Below the pieces are notes generated by a model, which did no database searches, was not told the DNA's origin, and saw nothing but the letters and a program-made list of their open reading frames with translations. Source: an uncultured Hyphomicrobiales bacterium (GTDB lineage: Bacteria > Pseudomonadota > Alphaproteobacteria > Rhizobiales > Hyphomicrobiaceae). From it: 63,849 nt of DNA. The DNA lies in NCBI GenBank assembly GCA_902826255.1, contig CADEEC010000001.1, positions 1 through 63,849 on the forward strand. Direction: 5' to 3'. Shown here in pieces: positions 38,092 through 48,050 of the stretch. A program made the translations under genes and the position numbers. The first letter of the stretch is position 1. Each line of letters opens with the position of its first letter.

Positions 38092-41000
38092 ATGCGTTTT
38101 TCCCATTTCTTCATCGACCGGCCGATCTTCGCTTCGGTCCTGTCGATCATCATCCTGATCGTTGGCGGCATCGCCCAGCGCAGCCTGCCCGTCGCGGAAT
38201 ATCCCGAGATCGCGCCGCCGACCGTCAACGTCACCGCGACCTACCCCGGCGCCTCGGCCGAGGTGATCGCCGAGACCGTCGCCACGCCGCTCGAGCTCGA
38301 GATCAACGGCGTCGACGACATGCTTTACATCAATTCGCAGTCGACGGGTGACGGGCGTCTGTCAATCAACGTCGTGTTCAAGCCGGGCGTCGACATCGAC
38401 CAGGCCCAGGTCAACGTGCAGAACCGTGTCGCCGTCGCCCAGCCACGCCTGCCCGAGGACGTGCAGCGGCTGGGCATCGTGGTCCGCAAGGCCTCGCCCG
38501 ACCTGATGATGGTCGTGCACATGACGTCGCCCGACGGCAGCCGCGACCAGCAATATATCTCCAACTACGCCACACTCTACGTGAAGGACGTGCTGGGCCG
38601 CATCGATGGCGTCGGCAACGTGCTGGTGTTCGGCGCTCGCGACTATTCGATGCGCGTGTGGCTCGATCCCGCCCGCGTCGCCGCCCACAACCTGACGGCC
38701 GGCGAGGTGATGCTGGCGATGCGCGCGGCCAACCTGCAGGTCGCCGCAGGCGCCATCAACCAGGCGCCGGCCGTGTCGCCGGGGGCCTTCACGCTGTCGG
38801 TGCAGACGCTGGGCCGCCTCACGAGCCCCGAGGAGTTCGGCAACATCGTGATCCGGGCCGAGCCTGACGGCCAGGTGACGCGCCTGCGCGACGTGGCCCG
38901 AGTCGAACTGGGCGCGCAGGACTACACGCTGAACGCCTACCTCGACAACAAGAACGCCACGGCGCTCGGCATCTTCCAGCGGCCCGGCTCGAACGCCATC
39001 GCCACTTCGGACCGCATCAAGGAGACGATGGAGCGGCTGAAGAAGGACTTCCCGACCGGCCTCGACTATTCGGTGGTCTACAATCCGGTGGAGTTCATCC
39101 AGGCCTCGGTCGACGCGGTGATCGAGACGCTGTTCGAGGCACTGCTGCTGGTCGTGATCGTGGTGATCCTGTTCCTGCAGACCTGGCGGGCGGCAATCAT
39201 CCCTCTGCTCGCCATCCCGGTGTCGTTGATCGGGTCGTTCGCGGTGATGGCCGCGGTCGGCGTCTCGTTCAACACGCTGTCGCTGTTCGGGCTGGTGCTG
39301 GCGATCGGCATCGTGGTCGACGACGCCATCGTCGTGGTCGAGAACGTCGAGCGTTACCTGACCCAGGGCATGTCGCCCAAGGCGGCGGCGCACAAGACGA
39401 TGGACGAGGTCGGCGGCGCGTTGATCGCGATCTCGCTGGTGCTGATCGCGGTGTTCCTGCCGACCGCCTTCATCACCGGCCTGCAGGGCACGTTCTACAA
39501 ACAGTTCGCCATCACCATCGCGGCTTCGACGGCGATCTCGGCGTTCGTGTCGCTGACGCTGTCGCCGGCGATGGCGGCGTTGCTGCTGAAGACCCATGCC
39601 CTGTCGCATGTCGAGAAGCCCAAGCCGACTCTTGCCGAGCGGATCGCCTGGCCGCTCAACTGGTTCTTCCGCCAGTTCAATCGCGGCTTCGAATGGCTGT
39701 CGAACTTCTATGGCCGCGCCACGGCGCGCCTCATCCGGCTGTCGTTCATCATCCTGCTGGTCTATGGCGGACTGCTGGCCTTGACGGGCTGGAGGCTGGT
39801 CAACACGCCGACCGGCCTGGTGCCGCAGCTCGACCGCTCGTACCTGATCGCCGTCATGCAGCTTCCCGCCGGCGCCACGCTGGAGCGCACCGACAAGCTG
39901 GTGCGGCAGGCCTCGGAATTGATCATGGGCACGCCGGGCGTCGAGCATGCCGTGGCCTTCGTCGGCCTCGACGGCGCCACCTTCACCAATTCGCCGAACG
40001 CCGGCGTGGTGTTCGTCACCCTGAAGCCGTTCGCCGAGCGCCGCGACCTGCCGATGGACAAGATCCTCGGCGACCTGCGCGGCAAGATGTTTTCGCTGCG
40101 GGAGGCCTTCGTGTTCGTGCTCGAACCGCCTTCGGTGCCGGGCATCGGCACCGGCGGCGGCCTCAAGGGCTACGTGCAGGATCGCGCCGCGCGCGGCCTG
40201 CCCGCGCTCGAGGGCGCCACCTGGGCGCTGGCCGGCGCTGCCGGCCAGGCACCCGGGCTGACCCAGGCCTTCACCCTGTTCAGCACGCGCACGCCACAGA
40301 TCTGGGCGGAAATTGACCGCACCAAGGCCGAGCAGCTCGGCGTGCCGATCGCGCGGGTGTTCGAGACGCTGTCGATCTACATGGGATCGGGCTACGTCAA
40401 CGACTTCAATATCCTCGGACGCACCTATCGTGTGACGGCGCAGGCCGATGACCCCTACCGGCTCACCGTGCGCGACGTCGGCAACCTGAAGACGCGCTCG
40501 GCCAGCGGCGAGATGGTGCCGATCGGTTCGGTCGCGACCTTCTCCGACACGACCGGCCCCTATCGCGTGGCGCGCTACAATCTCTATCCCGCGGCCGAGG
40601 TCCAGACGGCGATCAAGCGCGGCTTCTCGTCGGGCCAGGGCATCGCCACCGTCGAGGGGTTGACCCAGAAGGTCCTGCCCTCGGGCTTCGGCTTCGAATG
40701 GACCGAGATCGCCCTGCAGGAGAAGCTCGCCGGCGATACCGCCGTGATCGCCTTCGGGCTCGCCGTGGTCTTCGTGTTCCTGCTGCTGGCTGCGCTCTAC
40801 GAGAGCTGGCTGCTGCCGCTTGCGGTCATCCTGATCGTGCCGATGTGCGTGCTGGCAGCGATGATCGGCGTCAACATCCGCGGGCTCGACCGCAACATCC
40901 TGGTCGAGATCGGCCTGGTGGTGCTGGTGGGCCTCGCGGCCAAGAACGCCATCTTGATCGTGGAATTCGCCAAGCAGGCGCATGAGGCGGGCATGAACCG

Positions 41001-41289
41001 CTTCGACGCCGCCGTCAGCGCCGCCAAGACGCGCCTGCGGCCCATCCTCATGACCTCGCTCGCCTTCATCCTGGGCGTGGTGCCGCTGGTCGTCAGCTTC
41101 GGTGCCGGCGCCGAGATGCGCCAGTCGCTGGGTACGGCGGTGTTCTTCGGCATGCTGGGCGTCACCTTCTTCGGCCTGGTCTTCACCCCGGTTTTCTATG
41201 TGGTGAGCACGGGTCTGTCGGAGCTGCGCTTCAGGTGGCGCAAGCCCGAGGTCCCGCCGGAAGCGACGTTCAAGCCGGACCAGATCTGA
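38092..41289 (+). CDS. RND (HAE1/AcrB-type) multidrug efflux permease
   Basis: 1065 aa. MRFSHFFIDRPIFA N-terminus, 12-TM/two-loop architecture, GLVLAIGIVVDDAIVVVEN motif. Confidence 0.96.
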   Translation: MRFSHFFIDRPIFASVLSIIILIVGGIAQRSLPVAEYPEIAPPTVNVTATYPGASAEVIAETVATPLELEINGVDDMLYINSQSTGDGRLSINVVFKPGVDIDQAQVNVQNRVAVAQPRLPEDVQRLGIVVRKASPDLMMVVHMTSPDGSRDQQYISNYATLYVKDVLGRIDGVGNVLVFGARDYSMRVWLDPARVAAHNLTAGEVMLAMRAANLQVAAGAINQAPAVSPGAFTLSVQTLGRLTSPEEFGNIVIRAEPDGQVTRLRDVARVELGAQDYTLNAYLDNKNATALGIFQRPGSNAIATSDRIKETMERLKKDFPTGLDYSVVYNPVEFIQASVDAVIETLFEALLLVVIVVILFLQTWRAAIIPLLAIPVSLIGSFAVMAAVGVSFNTLSLFGLVLAIGIVVDDAIVVVENVERYLTQGMSPKAAAHKTMDEVGGALIAISLVLIAVFLPTAFITGLQGTFYKQFAITIAASTAISAFVSLTLSPAMAALLLKTHALSHVEKPKPTLAERIAWPLNWFFRQFNRGFEWLSNFYGRATARLIRLSFIILLVYGGLLALTGWRLVNTPTGLVPQLDRSYLIAVMQLPAGATLERTDKLVRQASELIMGTPGVEHAVAFVGLDGATFTNSPNAGVVFVTLKPFAERRDLPMDKILGDLRGKMFSLREAFVFVLEPPSVPGIGTGGGLKGYVQDRAARGLPALEGATWALAGAAGQAPGLTQAFTLFSTRTPQIWAEIDRTKAEQLGVPIARVFETLSIYMGSGYVNDFNILGRTYRVTAQADDPYRLTVRDVGNLKTRSASGEMVPIGSVATFSDTTGPYRVARYNLYPAAEVQTAIKRGFSSGQGIATVEGLTQKVLPSGFGFEWTEIALQEKLAGDTAVIAFGLAVVFVFLLLAALYESWLLPLAVILIVPMCVLAAMIGVNIRGLDRNILVEIGLVVLVGLAAKNAILIVEFAKQAHEAGMNRFDAAVSAAKTRLRPILMTSLAFILGVVPLVVSFGAGAEMRQSLGTAVFFGMLGVTFFGLVFTPVFYVVSTGLSELRFRWRKPEVPPEATFKPDQI

Positions 41290-41301
41290 AGGAGGCGCAA
41301 G

Positions 41302-42159
41302 ATGCCCGACCACCCTGCCCTCGCTGCCGGCCGTGTCGCCGTCATCACCGGGGCCGCCAGCGGCATCGGCCTCGCCGCCGCTCGCCGCTTTGCCTCGATG
41401 GGACTGAAAGTCTGCCTGGCCGACCTGTCGGCCGAAGCGCTCGACCGCGCGGCCGGCGAGGTCGCAGCCTCAGCACCGTCCGGACGCCAGGCAGTGATCA
41501 CCGTGCCGACCGACGTCAGCAGGCTCGACAGCGTTCAGGCGCTGAAGGACAAGGCCTATGCAGCGTTCGGCGAAGTCGCCGTGCTGATGAACAATGCCGG
41601 CACCGCGCCAGGCGGCGGACCGTGGGATCACTACGAGCGCTGGCAGCGCGTGCTCAACGTCAACCTGTGGGGCGTGATCAACGGCGTGCAGACTTTCACG
41701 CCCGCCATGCTCGCCCAGAAGTCCGCGTGCGCCATCGTCAACACCGGATCCAAGCAGGGCATCACCTGCCCGCCGGGCGACACCGCGTACAATGTCAGCA
41801 AGGCCGGCGTGAAGGTGCTGACCGAGGCGCTGGCCCACAGCCTGCGCAACGAAGAAGGCAACCACATCTCGGCGCACCTGCTGGTCCCGGGCTCGACCTT
41901 CACCGGCATGACGGCGCGCGGCCGCAGCGAGAAGCCGGCGGGTGCGTGGACGCCCGACCAGGTTGTCGACATGCTGGTCGAGAGCATGGGCCGGAATGAT
42001 TTCTACATCATCTGCCCCGACAACGAGGTGACGCGAGAGGTCGACAATCGGCGTATCCTGTGGGCCGCCGGAGACATCACCGAAAACCGGCCGCCGCTGT
42101 CGCGCTGGCACGGCGACTACAAGGACGCGTTCACCGCCTACCTCACTGCGGAGAAGTGA
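41302..42159 (+). CDS. SDR family oxidoreductase
   Basis: AGGAGG RBS. ITGAASGIG, NNAG and YNVSKAG (YxxxK). Confidence 0.87.
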   Translation: MPDHPALAAGRVAVITGAASGIGLAAARRFASMGLKVCLADLSAEALDRAAGEVAASAPSGRQAVITVPTDVSRLDSVQALKDKAYAAFGEVAVLMNNAGTAPGGGPWDHYERWQRVLNVNLWGVINGVQTFTPAMLAQKSACAIVNTGSKQGITCPPGDTAYNVSKAGVKVLTEALAHSLRNEEGNHISAHLLVPGSTFTGMTARGRSEKPAGAWTPDQVVDMLVESMGRNDFYIICPDNEVTREVDNRRILWAAGDITENRPPLSRWHGDYKDAFTAYLTAEK

Positions 42160-42161
42160 CC

Positions 42162-42866
42162 ATGAACCGATGGTTCTCGCTTGCCCTCGCCGGCGGTGCG
42201 CTCGTCGTCGCGATGTATGGCCTTGGCATCCTGCCGTCCTCGGCCGAAAGCGCAAAGGTCGTACCGCCCCCGGCCGTCGACGCGGCCGCCGGGCAGGCGA
42301 CGTCGGAGGTCGTGGTATTGGCCGGCGGCTGCTTCTGGGGCGTCCAGGGTGTCTTCCAGCATATCGACGGCGTCAGCAGTGCCGTGTCCGGTTATGCCGG
42401 CGGCGCCAAGGACACGGCGCAGTACGACAAGGTTACGTCTGGCCGCACCGGACATGCCGAGGCCGTGCGCATCACGTACGATCCGCGCAAGGTCAGTCTC
42501 GGTCGCCTGCTGCAGGTCTATTTCTCGGTGGTGCACGATCCCACCCAGCTCAATCGCCAGGGGCCCGATGTCGGTACGCAATACCGGTCGGCGATCTTCC
42601 CGGCCAGCGACGAGCAGGCGCGCGTCGCCAAGGCCTACATCCAGCAGCTCGATCAGGGACGCATCTACGGCGCCAAGGTCGTGACGACGGTCGAGCCGGG
42701 CCAGACCTTCTATCCGGCCGAGGGCTACCACCAGGACTACATGACGCTGCATCCGAGACAGCCCTACATCGCCATGCACGACCTGCCGAAGGTCGACAAT
42801 CTCAAGCGGCTGTTTCCGCAGCTCTATCGGGCCGACCCGGCGCTGGTTTCCAAGACGGGCATTTGA
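42162..42866 (+). CDS. msrA: peptide-methionine (S)-S-oxide reductase, exported form
   Basis: Trimmed to ATG 42162. Signal peptide, then GGCFWGVQGVF catalytic motif, GHAEAV, YRSAIF, GYHQDY. Confidence 0.92.
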   Translation: MNRWFSLALAGGALVVAMYGLGILPSSAESAKVVPPPAVDAAAGQATSEVVVLAGGCFWGVQGVFQHIDGVSSAVSGYAGGAKDTAQYDKVTSGRTGHAEAVRITYDPRKVSLGRLLQVYFSVVHDPTQLNRQGPDVGTQYRSAIFPASDEQARVAKAYIQQLDQGRIYGAKVVTTVEPGQTFYPAEGYHQDYMTLHPRQPYIAMHDLPKVDNLKRLFPQLYRADPALVSKTGI

Positions 42867-42919
42867 TCAGCCCGTCGCCCGGCATTCGCTCCCCCGGGGC
42901 GATCCTGGCGGCCGCGTCG

Positions 42920-43051
42920 TTAGCGGGCGGCGGCGGACACCAGACGGGCGATCTCGCGCACGAGAATCGCGACGGCGGCACCGCGCATGCGATGCGCGCG
43001 CTGGGCATAGATCTGACGCTCGCTGTGGCTGGGATAGGCGATCGAGAACAT
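42920..43051 (-). CDS. candidate small protein (43 aa), below the ORF-track length cut-off
   Basis: ATG preceded by GGAG with a 6-nt spacer. Translation is MFSIAYPSHSERQIYAQRAHRMRGAAVAILVREIARLVSAAAR. About 36 of 43 third positions are G/C. Divergent from the LysR gene 100 nt away. Confidence 0.45.
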   Translation of the reverse strand: MFSIAYPSHSERQIYAQRAHRMRGAAVAILVREIARLVSAAAR

Positions 43052-43127
43052 GAAAGGCTCCTGACGTTGGAAGTTACTTAATTCATGTTCTTTCGGACGT
43101 TAATCATGTGAAGTTGACAATCACTTA

Positions 43128-43140
43128 TGAACACTATTCA
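43128..43140. promoter_or_regulatory. T-N11-A motif TGAACACTATTCA (candidate LysR-type box)
   Basis: TGAA-N5-TTCA dyad inside the A/T-rich 100-bp region between the small ORF and the LysR gene. Short, so it could be chance. Confidence 0.25.
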
Positions 43141-43151
43141 CTAATTCGGCA

Positions 43152-44057
43152 ATGATCGATCATGCGAGCGAAATGGCTGCCTTCGTTCGGGTTGTCGATT
43201 CCAATGGTTTTTCCGCCGCAGCGCCGATGCTCGGGCTCAGCCCCTCGGCGGTCAGCAAGCTGATTACCCGGCTGGAGACCAGGCTCGGCGTCCGGTTGCT
43301 GCAGCGCACGACCCGCTCCCTCAACCTCACCCACGAAGGCGAGGTCTTCTACGCCGCGGCCAAGCGCATCGTGGGCGAGATCGAGTCGCTCGAGAACCAG
43401 ATCATCGGCGAGAGCGGCACGCCGAGCGGCATGCTGCGGGTGACGACTTCGCTTGCCTTCGCCACGCATCAGCTCGCGCCGGTGCTGTCGGAATTCCTGG
43501 CCCGCTATCCGCTCGTGCAGGTCGAACTGCTGCCGACCGACCGCGTGCTCGACATGGTCGACGAGGGCATCGACGTCGCGCTGCGCATCGGACGATTGGC
43601 CGACTCCAGTTTCATGGCGCGCAAGATCGGCGAGGACAAACGCCTGATCTGCGCCGCGCCGTCTTATCTCGCTCGCCACGGCACGCCACAGCTTCCAGAA
43701 GACCTGCGCCGCCACAATTGCATCGTGTCGCGCGACCACCCCTATCTCAATCGCTGGTCCTTCAAGGTCGACGGCCAGATCGTCGAGATCGACGTCCGCG
43801 GCCGCGTCGCCGTCACCGAAGGCGAGGCGCAAATGCAGCTTGCCCTGCAGGGGATCGGCATCGTGCGGCTGACCCGGCTCACCCTGACCCAGGCAATTCG
43901 CGAAGGCACGCTGGTGTCGCTGCTGGGCAGCTTTTCGGCCGAGGAAGCGGTGGCCATCCATGCCGTCTATCCGCACCGCCGCCATCTCGCGCCCAAGGTG
44001 CCGGCCTTCGTCAATTTCCTGATCGAGAAGTTCACGCCGCCGCCTTGGGAGCTATGA
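43152..44057 (+). CDS. LysR family transcriptional regulator
   Basis: N-terminal HTH FVRVVDSNGFSAAAPMLGLSPSAVSKLITRLE plus a C-terminal substrate-binding domain. 301 aa. Confidence 0.92.
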   Translation: MIDHASEMAAFVRVVDSNGFSAAAPMLGLSPSAVSKLITRLETRLGVRLLQRTTRSLNLTHEGEVFYAAAKRIVGEIESLENQIIGESGTPSGMLRVTTSLAFATHQLAPVLSEFLARYPLVQVELLPTDRVLDMVDEGIDVALRIGRLADSSFMARKIGEDKRLICAAPSYLARHGTPQLPEDLRRHNCIVSRDHPYLNRWSFKVDGQIVEIDVRGRVAVTEGEAQMQLALQGIGIVRLTRLTLTQAIREGTLVSLLGSFSAEEAVAIHAVYPHRRHLAPKVPAFVNFLIEKFTPPPWEL

Positions 44058-44082
44058 AGAGCGGAGGCATGTGGGAGGCACC

Positions 44083-44469
44083 ATGATGCTCAATCTCGGC
44101 CAGATCGGCCAGATCGCGCTGCCGGTCGCCGACGTCGACCGCGCCGAGGCGTTCTATGAAAAGGTGATCGGACTGAGAAGGCTGTTCCGCTTCGGCGACC
44201 TCACCTTCTTCGACTGCGCCGGCGTGCGCCTGCTGCTCGAAAAAGCCCACGGAGATAAACAGCCTGGCGGCTGTATCTACTTCCGCTGCGCCGACATGAC
44301 GCTCGCCGTGGCCGAGCTCGACAAGCGCGGCGCGGTCTTCACGTCGAAGCCGCATCTCATCGCCAGGATGGGCGACCACGATCTCTGGATGGCCTTCTTC
44401 AACGATCCGGATGGCCACACGCTGGTGCTGATGCAGGAAGCGCCGAAAGGGTACACGCCGCCGCCATGA
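44083..44469 (+). CDS. VOC (glyoxalase) family protein
   Basis: GGGAGG RBS then ATG 44083/44086. IGQIALPVADVDRAEAFYEKVIGL opening and DPDGHTLVLMQ end. Confidence 0.8.
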   Translation: MMLNLGQIGQIALPVADVDRAEAFYEKVIGLRRLFRFGDLTFFDCAGVRLLLEKAHGDKQPGGCIYFRCADMTLAVAELDKRGAVFTSKPHLIARMGDHDLWMAFFNDPDGHTLVLMQEAPKGYTPPP

Positions 44470-44539
44470 CGATTGTGCGCTTGCTCTTCTCCAAGGCCTG
44501 CTAGGATCGGGATGCCGACCGGATGCAAGGGGAGAACAA

Positions 44540-44902
44540 ATGGATCGCGACACGGACCTTTTCGTGCAGGCCTTCTGGGTCAAGTGCCGCGATGTCGTTC
44601 GACCCGAGCTCGACCGCGTCATCGAAGAGTTGAAGAGCGCCGGTCACGACGCCAACGTCTCGACGCAGGAATACTCGCCCGTTGCCGACCGCCTGCCCGA
44701 CATCGGGCCGGTGCTGACCTTGACCGTGCATCCGGGGGGTGGGTCGCAGGGCCGCCTGCTGCGGTTCCATGGCGATGTCGCCAAGCGCGACCTCGAGATC
44801 ATCCGCAACGGCGCCAAGGCACAGCGCTACGACCTTGCCAGCGTGGACGAGGCGGTGGTGAAGCGCGAGGTCACCGACTGGCTGGCCACCGCACTCAAAT
44901 AG
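44540..44902 (+). CDS. hypothetical protein (120 aa)
   Basis: GGGGAG RBS and good GC3. No recognisable motif. Confidence 0.5.
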   Translation: MDRDTDLFVQAFWVKCRDVVRPELDRVIEELKSAGHDANVSTQEYSPVADRLPDIGPVLTLTVHPGGGSQGRLLRFHGDVAKRDLEIIRNGAKAQRYDLASVDEAVVKREVTDWLATALK

Positions 44903-44932
44903 TCGCTCCGGATTGGACGCTGAGGAAGAACC

Positions 44933-45310
44933 ATGCCTGACGCCATCGACGACCTGTTCCGCCGCTTCGGCAAGGCCTTCAACAAGGCCGACGTCGAGGA
45001 GATCGCGGCCTGCGTGACCGACGACTTCGAATGGCGATTGAATGCCGGGGCAGCCGCCGGCGCGCCGGGCGGCCGCGTGCTGCGAGGCAAGGACGACCTG
45101 CGGGCGCACTTCGCCGACAAGAGCAAGGCCCATCGCGAGGCTCGCTTCTCCGAGGCGCGCATCCATCGCGCTGGCGACAAGCTGTTCGGCACCTTCCGAG
45201 TCACCGGCATCGACCATGCCGGCAAGCCGTTCGATCGGTACGGCATCGACCTCTACGAGATTCGGGACGGCAAGATCGCCCTCAAGGACAGCTACATCAA
45301 GGCCGACTGA
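44933..45310 (+). CDS. SnoaL-like / NTF2-fold family protein
   Basis: 125 aa. FGKAFNKADVEEIAACVTDDFEW opening and DLYEIRDGKIALKDSY end are typical of the SnoaL/NTF2-like fold. Confidence 0.68.
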   Translation: MPDAIDDLFRRFGKAFNKADVEEIAACVTDDFEWRLNAGAAAGAPGGRVLRGKDDLRAHFADKSKAHREARFSEARIHRAGDKLFGTFRVTGIDHAGKPFDRYGIDLYEIRDGKIALKDSYIKAD

Positions 45311-46448
45311 GGAAGCGAAGCGCCGCTTCGCAGTACATGGCATAGACCGGGCCGATCGAGTCGATGTCGGCCCATTCGTCGGCGGCGTGCATGTTGGCGA
45401 AACCGACGCCCGGCGCGCAGACCGTGGGAACGCCGTGCGAGGCGAGAAGATTGCCGATGTTCGAGGGACCGCAGACATCGGCGCCGAACGGCCGGCCGAA
45501 CGCAGCGCGCGCCGCCTGGACGAAGCTCTGCACCAACCGGCTGTCGCGCGGTACGACATAGGCCGGCCAGGAGCCGACGATCTCGATGCCGGCCTCGGCA
45601 TCGACGGAACGCACGATGTCGTTCAGCCAGCACGTGGCCATGCCGCTATCGAAGGTGCGCGTCAGGCGGATGTCGACATGGCAGGTCGCAAGGTCGGGCA
45701 CGACGCTGAACCCCTCGCCGCCTTCGATGCGCGTCACCGTCGCGGCCGGCCCGAAAGGGAAGGCGGCATCGGGCATATCGGGGAAGACCGGATCGGAGAG
45801 CTTGAGGGCAAAGGCGGCCGCTTTGGTCAGGGCGTTGACGCCACGACGATCGGCGTCGCCTGAATGGGCGGCAATGCCGGCGAATCGCAGCCTGGCACGC
45901 AGGAAACCACGGCTGCCGGCAACGATCGCGAGATTGCCGGGATAGCCCAGCGATGCGGCATCGGGCGGCGTACCAACGGCATCAAGGTAGGCGCGCACGC
46001 CGCCGAACCGGCCGGTGTGCTCGTCGGCATCGAACAGCACATGCAGGGTGCCGCGCGGCAGCCCGCATTGGACGAAATGGCGCGCGACATGAGCCAGGAT
46101 GGCGACGCCCGCCTTCGAATCGGCGGCGCCGCGGCCGAGCAGCCGCCCGTCGCGTATGGCGCCGGAGAAAGGCGGCATGGTCCATTGGCTCGCGTCGCCA
46201 GCTGGCGCCGTATCGATGCAGGCGTCCAGGCAGAGCACGGGGCCCGGCTCAGCACCGGCAATCTCGAGCAGCACCGCCACCGGCTTCCCCGACGGATCGT
46301 CGAGCAGACGTGGCGCGAGGCCGTGCTCCTCGAGCCACGCCAGAACCAGCGACAGCACCGGCTGCGGCGAATCGATGCCGGCGCAGGATGGCGTTGCCAC
46401 CAGTCGTGACGCGAGCTCGACGATGCTTTCGATGGGCGCGTTGCTCAA
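45297..46448 (-). CDS. M20 family metallopeptidase (ArgE/DapE/ACY1-like)
   Basis: GRGAADSKAGVA, FDADEHTG metal ligands and a C-terminal HAADEW. 383 aa. Confidence 0.85.
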   Translation of the reverse strand: MSNAPIESIVELASRLVATPSCAGIDSPQPVLSLVLAWLEEHGLAPRLLDDPSGKPVAVLLEIAGAEPGPVLCLDACIDTAPAGDASQWTMPPFSGAIRDGRLLGRGAADSKAGVAILAHVARHFVQCGLPRGTLHVLFDADEHTGRFGGVRAYLDAVGTPPDAASLGYPGNLAIVAGSRGFLRARLRFAGIAAHSGDADRRGVNALTKAAAFALKLSDPVFPDMPDAAFPFGPAATVTRIEGGEGFSVVPDLATCHVDIRLTRTFDSGMATCWLNDIVRSVDAEAGIEIVGSWPAYVVPRDSRLVQSFVQAARAAFGRPFGADVCGPSNIGNLLASHGVPTVCAPGVGFANMHAADEWADIDSIGPVYAMYCEAALRFLSRP

Positions 46449-46462
46449 GGAGCCAACCGGAT

Positions 46463-47611
46463 TCAGTCCGCCGCCTGCCTCTGCGCGGTGCGGTCAGGCG
46501 TCAGGCTGTAGGTCGTGAAGCGCTTGTTGAGCGACGGCATCGGGCAGGCTTCGAGATGGCCTTCGCCCGGGCGCATCAGGATCATCGCCGTCGTCGCCGT
46601 CTCCACGCCGTGGGTGTTGAGCCGCGGCGGCCGGCACACCGACCACGGCGAGTCCCAGTCGTCGAAGAACGCTTCGCGGAAATCGTCCAGCGTGAGCTTG
46701 CTGCGCCCGGGGCCAAGATGACGCGCAAGCTGCTCGCGCACGCGCTTGTCGCGATAGATCGAGCAGGGGGTTTCGGCGAGGCCGGTGTCCTTGACCTTGG
46801 CGCGCGCCGAATCGGCGATCCAATGATTGGCATGGACGTAGAGGCCGCGATCGGGCGCCAGCCAGAATGTTTCGTCGGGCGCGCACTCGAAGCCGAACGC
46901 CTCGCCGCCGCAATGGCTCACCGCCATGTGGTTGGAGCCGAGCTTGGGCGTCGACATGATGGTGTGCACGGCATTGGCGAGGTAGGCGCTCTCCAGCACC
47001 TTGCGGCGGATGAAAGGCAGCGGCACGCCTGGGCCGCGCGTGTAGTCACGATCACACTGGAGGGCGTTGGCGGTGAGGCCGATGCCGGCGGAATTGAGGC
47101 CCGAGCGCGCGAGCCCACCGGCTTCGGTGAAGGTCAGGATGTCCGGGCCGTCATCGCGATGGATGCGCAGCAGCACGCCAGTCTCGGCGCACTCGGCGCG
47201 CCAGTCCCAGTTCTGGCCATGCAGCAGCACACCGTCGGCGCTGGCTTCTGGCAGCGCCAGCGCCGCGGTGCAGCCGTCCGGCACCCGCCTGGCCTCCTGC
47301 TCCTGACGCGCCGCCGCCACCATCTCGGTGCGGGCATTCATCAGCACGACCGCGGCGAAGGGCTCGTTGGCGCCCTCGGCGATGCCACGCATCTCCTCGA
47401 TGTAGGTGGGATCGAATTTCTCGATCGATGGCACCAGCGCCTCGGCACGGCGCTCGAGCTCGGCCCAATCGACGCCGCTCTTCAGCAGCGACTCGGCGTA
47501 CATCCTGGCGCCGCGGCGCAGGCGATCGGCGGCAGCCTTGCCGTGGGTGCGACCACGCTCGCGCGGGCTGCCGGAGAGGTCGATCAGGGGGAACGGCGCG
47601 TATTCGGCCAT
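46463..47611 (-). CDS. C45 family peptidase / acyl-CoA:6-APA acyltransferase-like Ntn hydrolase
   Basis: L.GSPRERGRTHG opening. Nucleophile context DGCTAAL followed by LLHGQNWDW. Confidence 0.8.
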   Translation of the reverse strand: MAEYAPFPLIDLSGSPRERGRTHGKAAADRLRRGARMYAESLLKSGVDWAELERRAEALVPSIEKFDPTYIEEMRGIAEGANEPFAAVVLMNARTEMVAAARQEQEARRVPDGCTAALALPEASADGVLLHGQNWDWRAECAETGVLLRIHRDDGPDILTFTEAGGLARSGLNSAGIGLTANALQCDRDYTRGPGVPLPFIRRKVLESAYLANAVHTIMSTPKLGSNHMAVSHCGGEAFGFECAPDETFWLAPDRGLYVHANHWIADSARAKVKDTGLAETPCSIYRDKRVREQLARHLGPGRSKLTLDDFREAFFDDWDSPWSVCRPPRLNTHGVETATTAMILMRPGEGHLEACPMPSLNKRFTTYSLTPDRTAQRQAAD

Positions 47612-47624
47612 CGATGCCTCGCTT

Positions 47625-48050
47625 TCAAAATGGTTTCAACACCGCCAGGAACACGATGGCGATCATCAGCACCGTCGGCACCTCGTTCCACCAGCGATAG
47701 TAGGTTGCAGGCCTCGTGTTGCGATCCGCCTCGAAGTCCTTGCGCCAGCGACCGTAGAGGTGGTGGATCACGGTGAGACCCACCGCCAGCGAGAACTTCA
47801 CCTGCCACCAGCCAGCATGCCACCAGTCACCGCGCCAGGCCAGCGCGAGGCCGAAGATCCAGACCAGGCCCATCGCCGGATTCATGATGCCGCGCAGCAG
47901 GCGGCGTTCCATGATCTTGAAAGTCTCGCTCTGTCCGGATCCCGGCTCGGCATCGGCGTGATAGACGAACAGACGCGGCAGGTAGAGCAGGCCCGCCATC
48001 CAGGCGATGACGGCGACGATGTGCAAGGCCTTCAGGATCTCATAGAGCAT
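47625..48050 (-). CDS. hemJ: protoporphyrinogen IX oxidase HemJ
   Basis: Trimmed to ATG 48050. LKALHIVAVIAWMAGLLYLPRLFVYH is the signature N-terminus. 141 aa, four TMs. Confidence 0.88.
   Translation of the reverse strand: MLYEILKALHIVAVIAWMAGLLYLPRLFVYHADAEPGSGQSETFKIMERRLLRGIMNPAMGLVWIFGLALAWRGDWWHAGWWQVKFSLAVGLTVIHHLYGRWRKDFEADRNTRPATYYRWWNEVPTVLMIAIVFLAVLKPF

Noticed and set aside
38362-41313. 983-aa minus-strand ORF
   Set aside because: It is fully antisense to the RND pump gene. Its composition is dominated by R, G, A, D, H and Q, with no motifs.
42802-43008. 68-aa minus-strand track ORF between msrA and the LysR gene
   Set aside because: It overlaps the msrA 3' end by 65 nt, is Pro/Ala/Cys/Arg-rich and has no RBS. 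The 43-codon ORF in a different frame (42920..43051) is the more credible reading of this region.
45953-47776. 607-aa plus-strand ORF
   Set aside because: It is antisense to the M20 and C45 peptidase genes.
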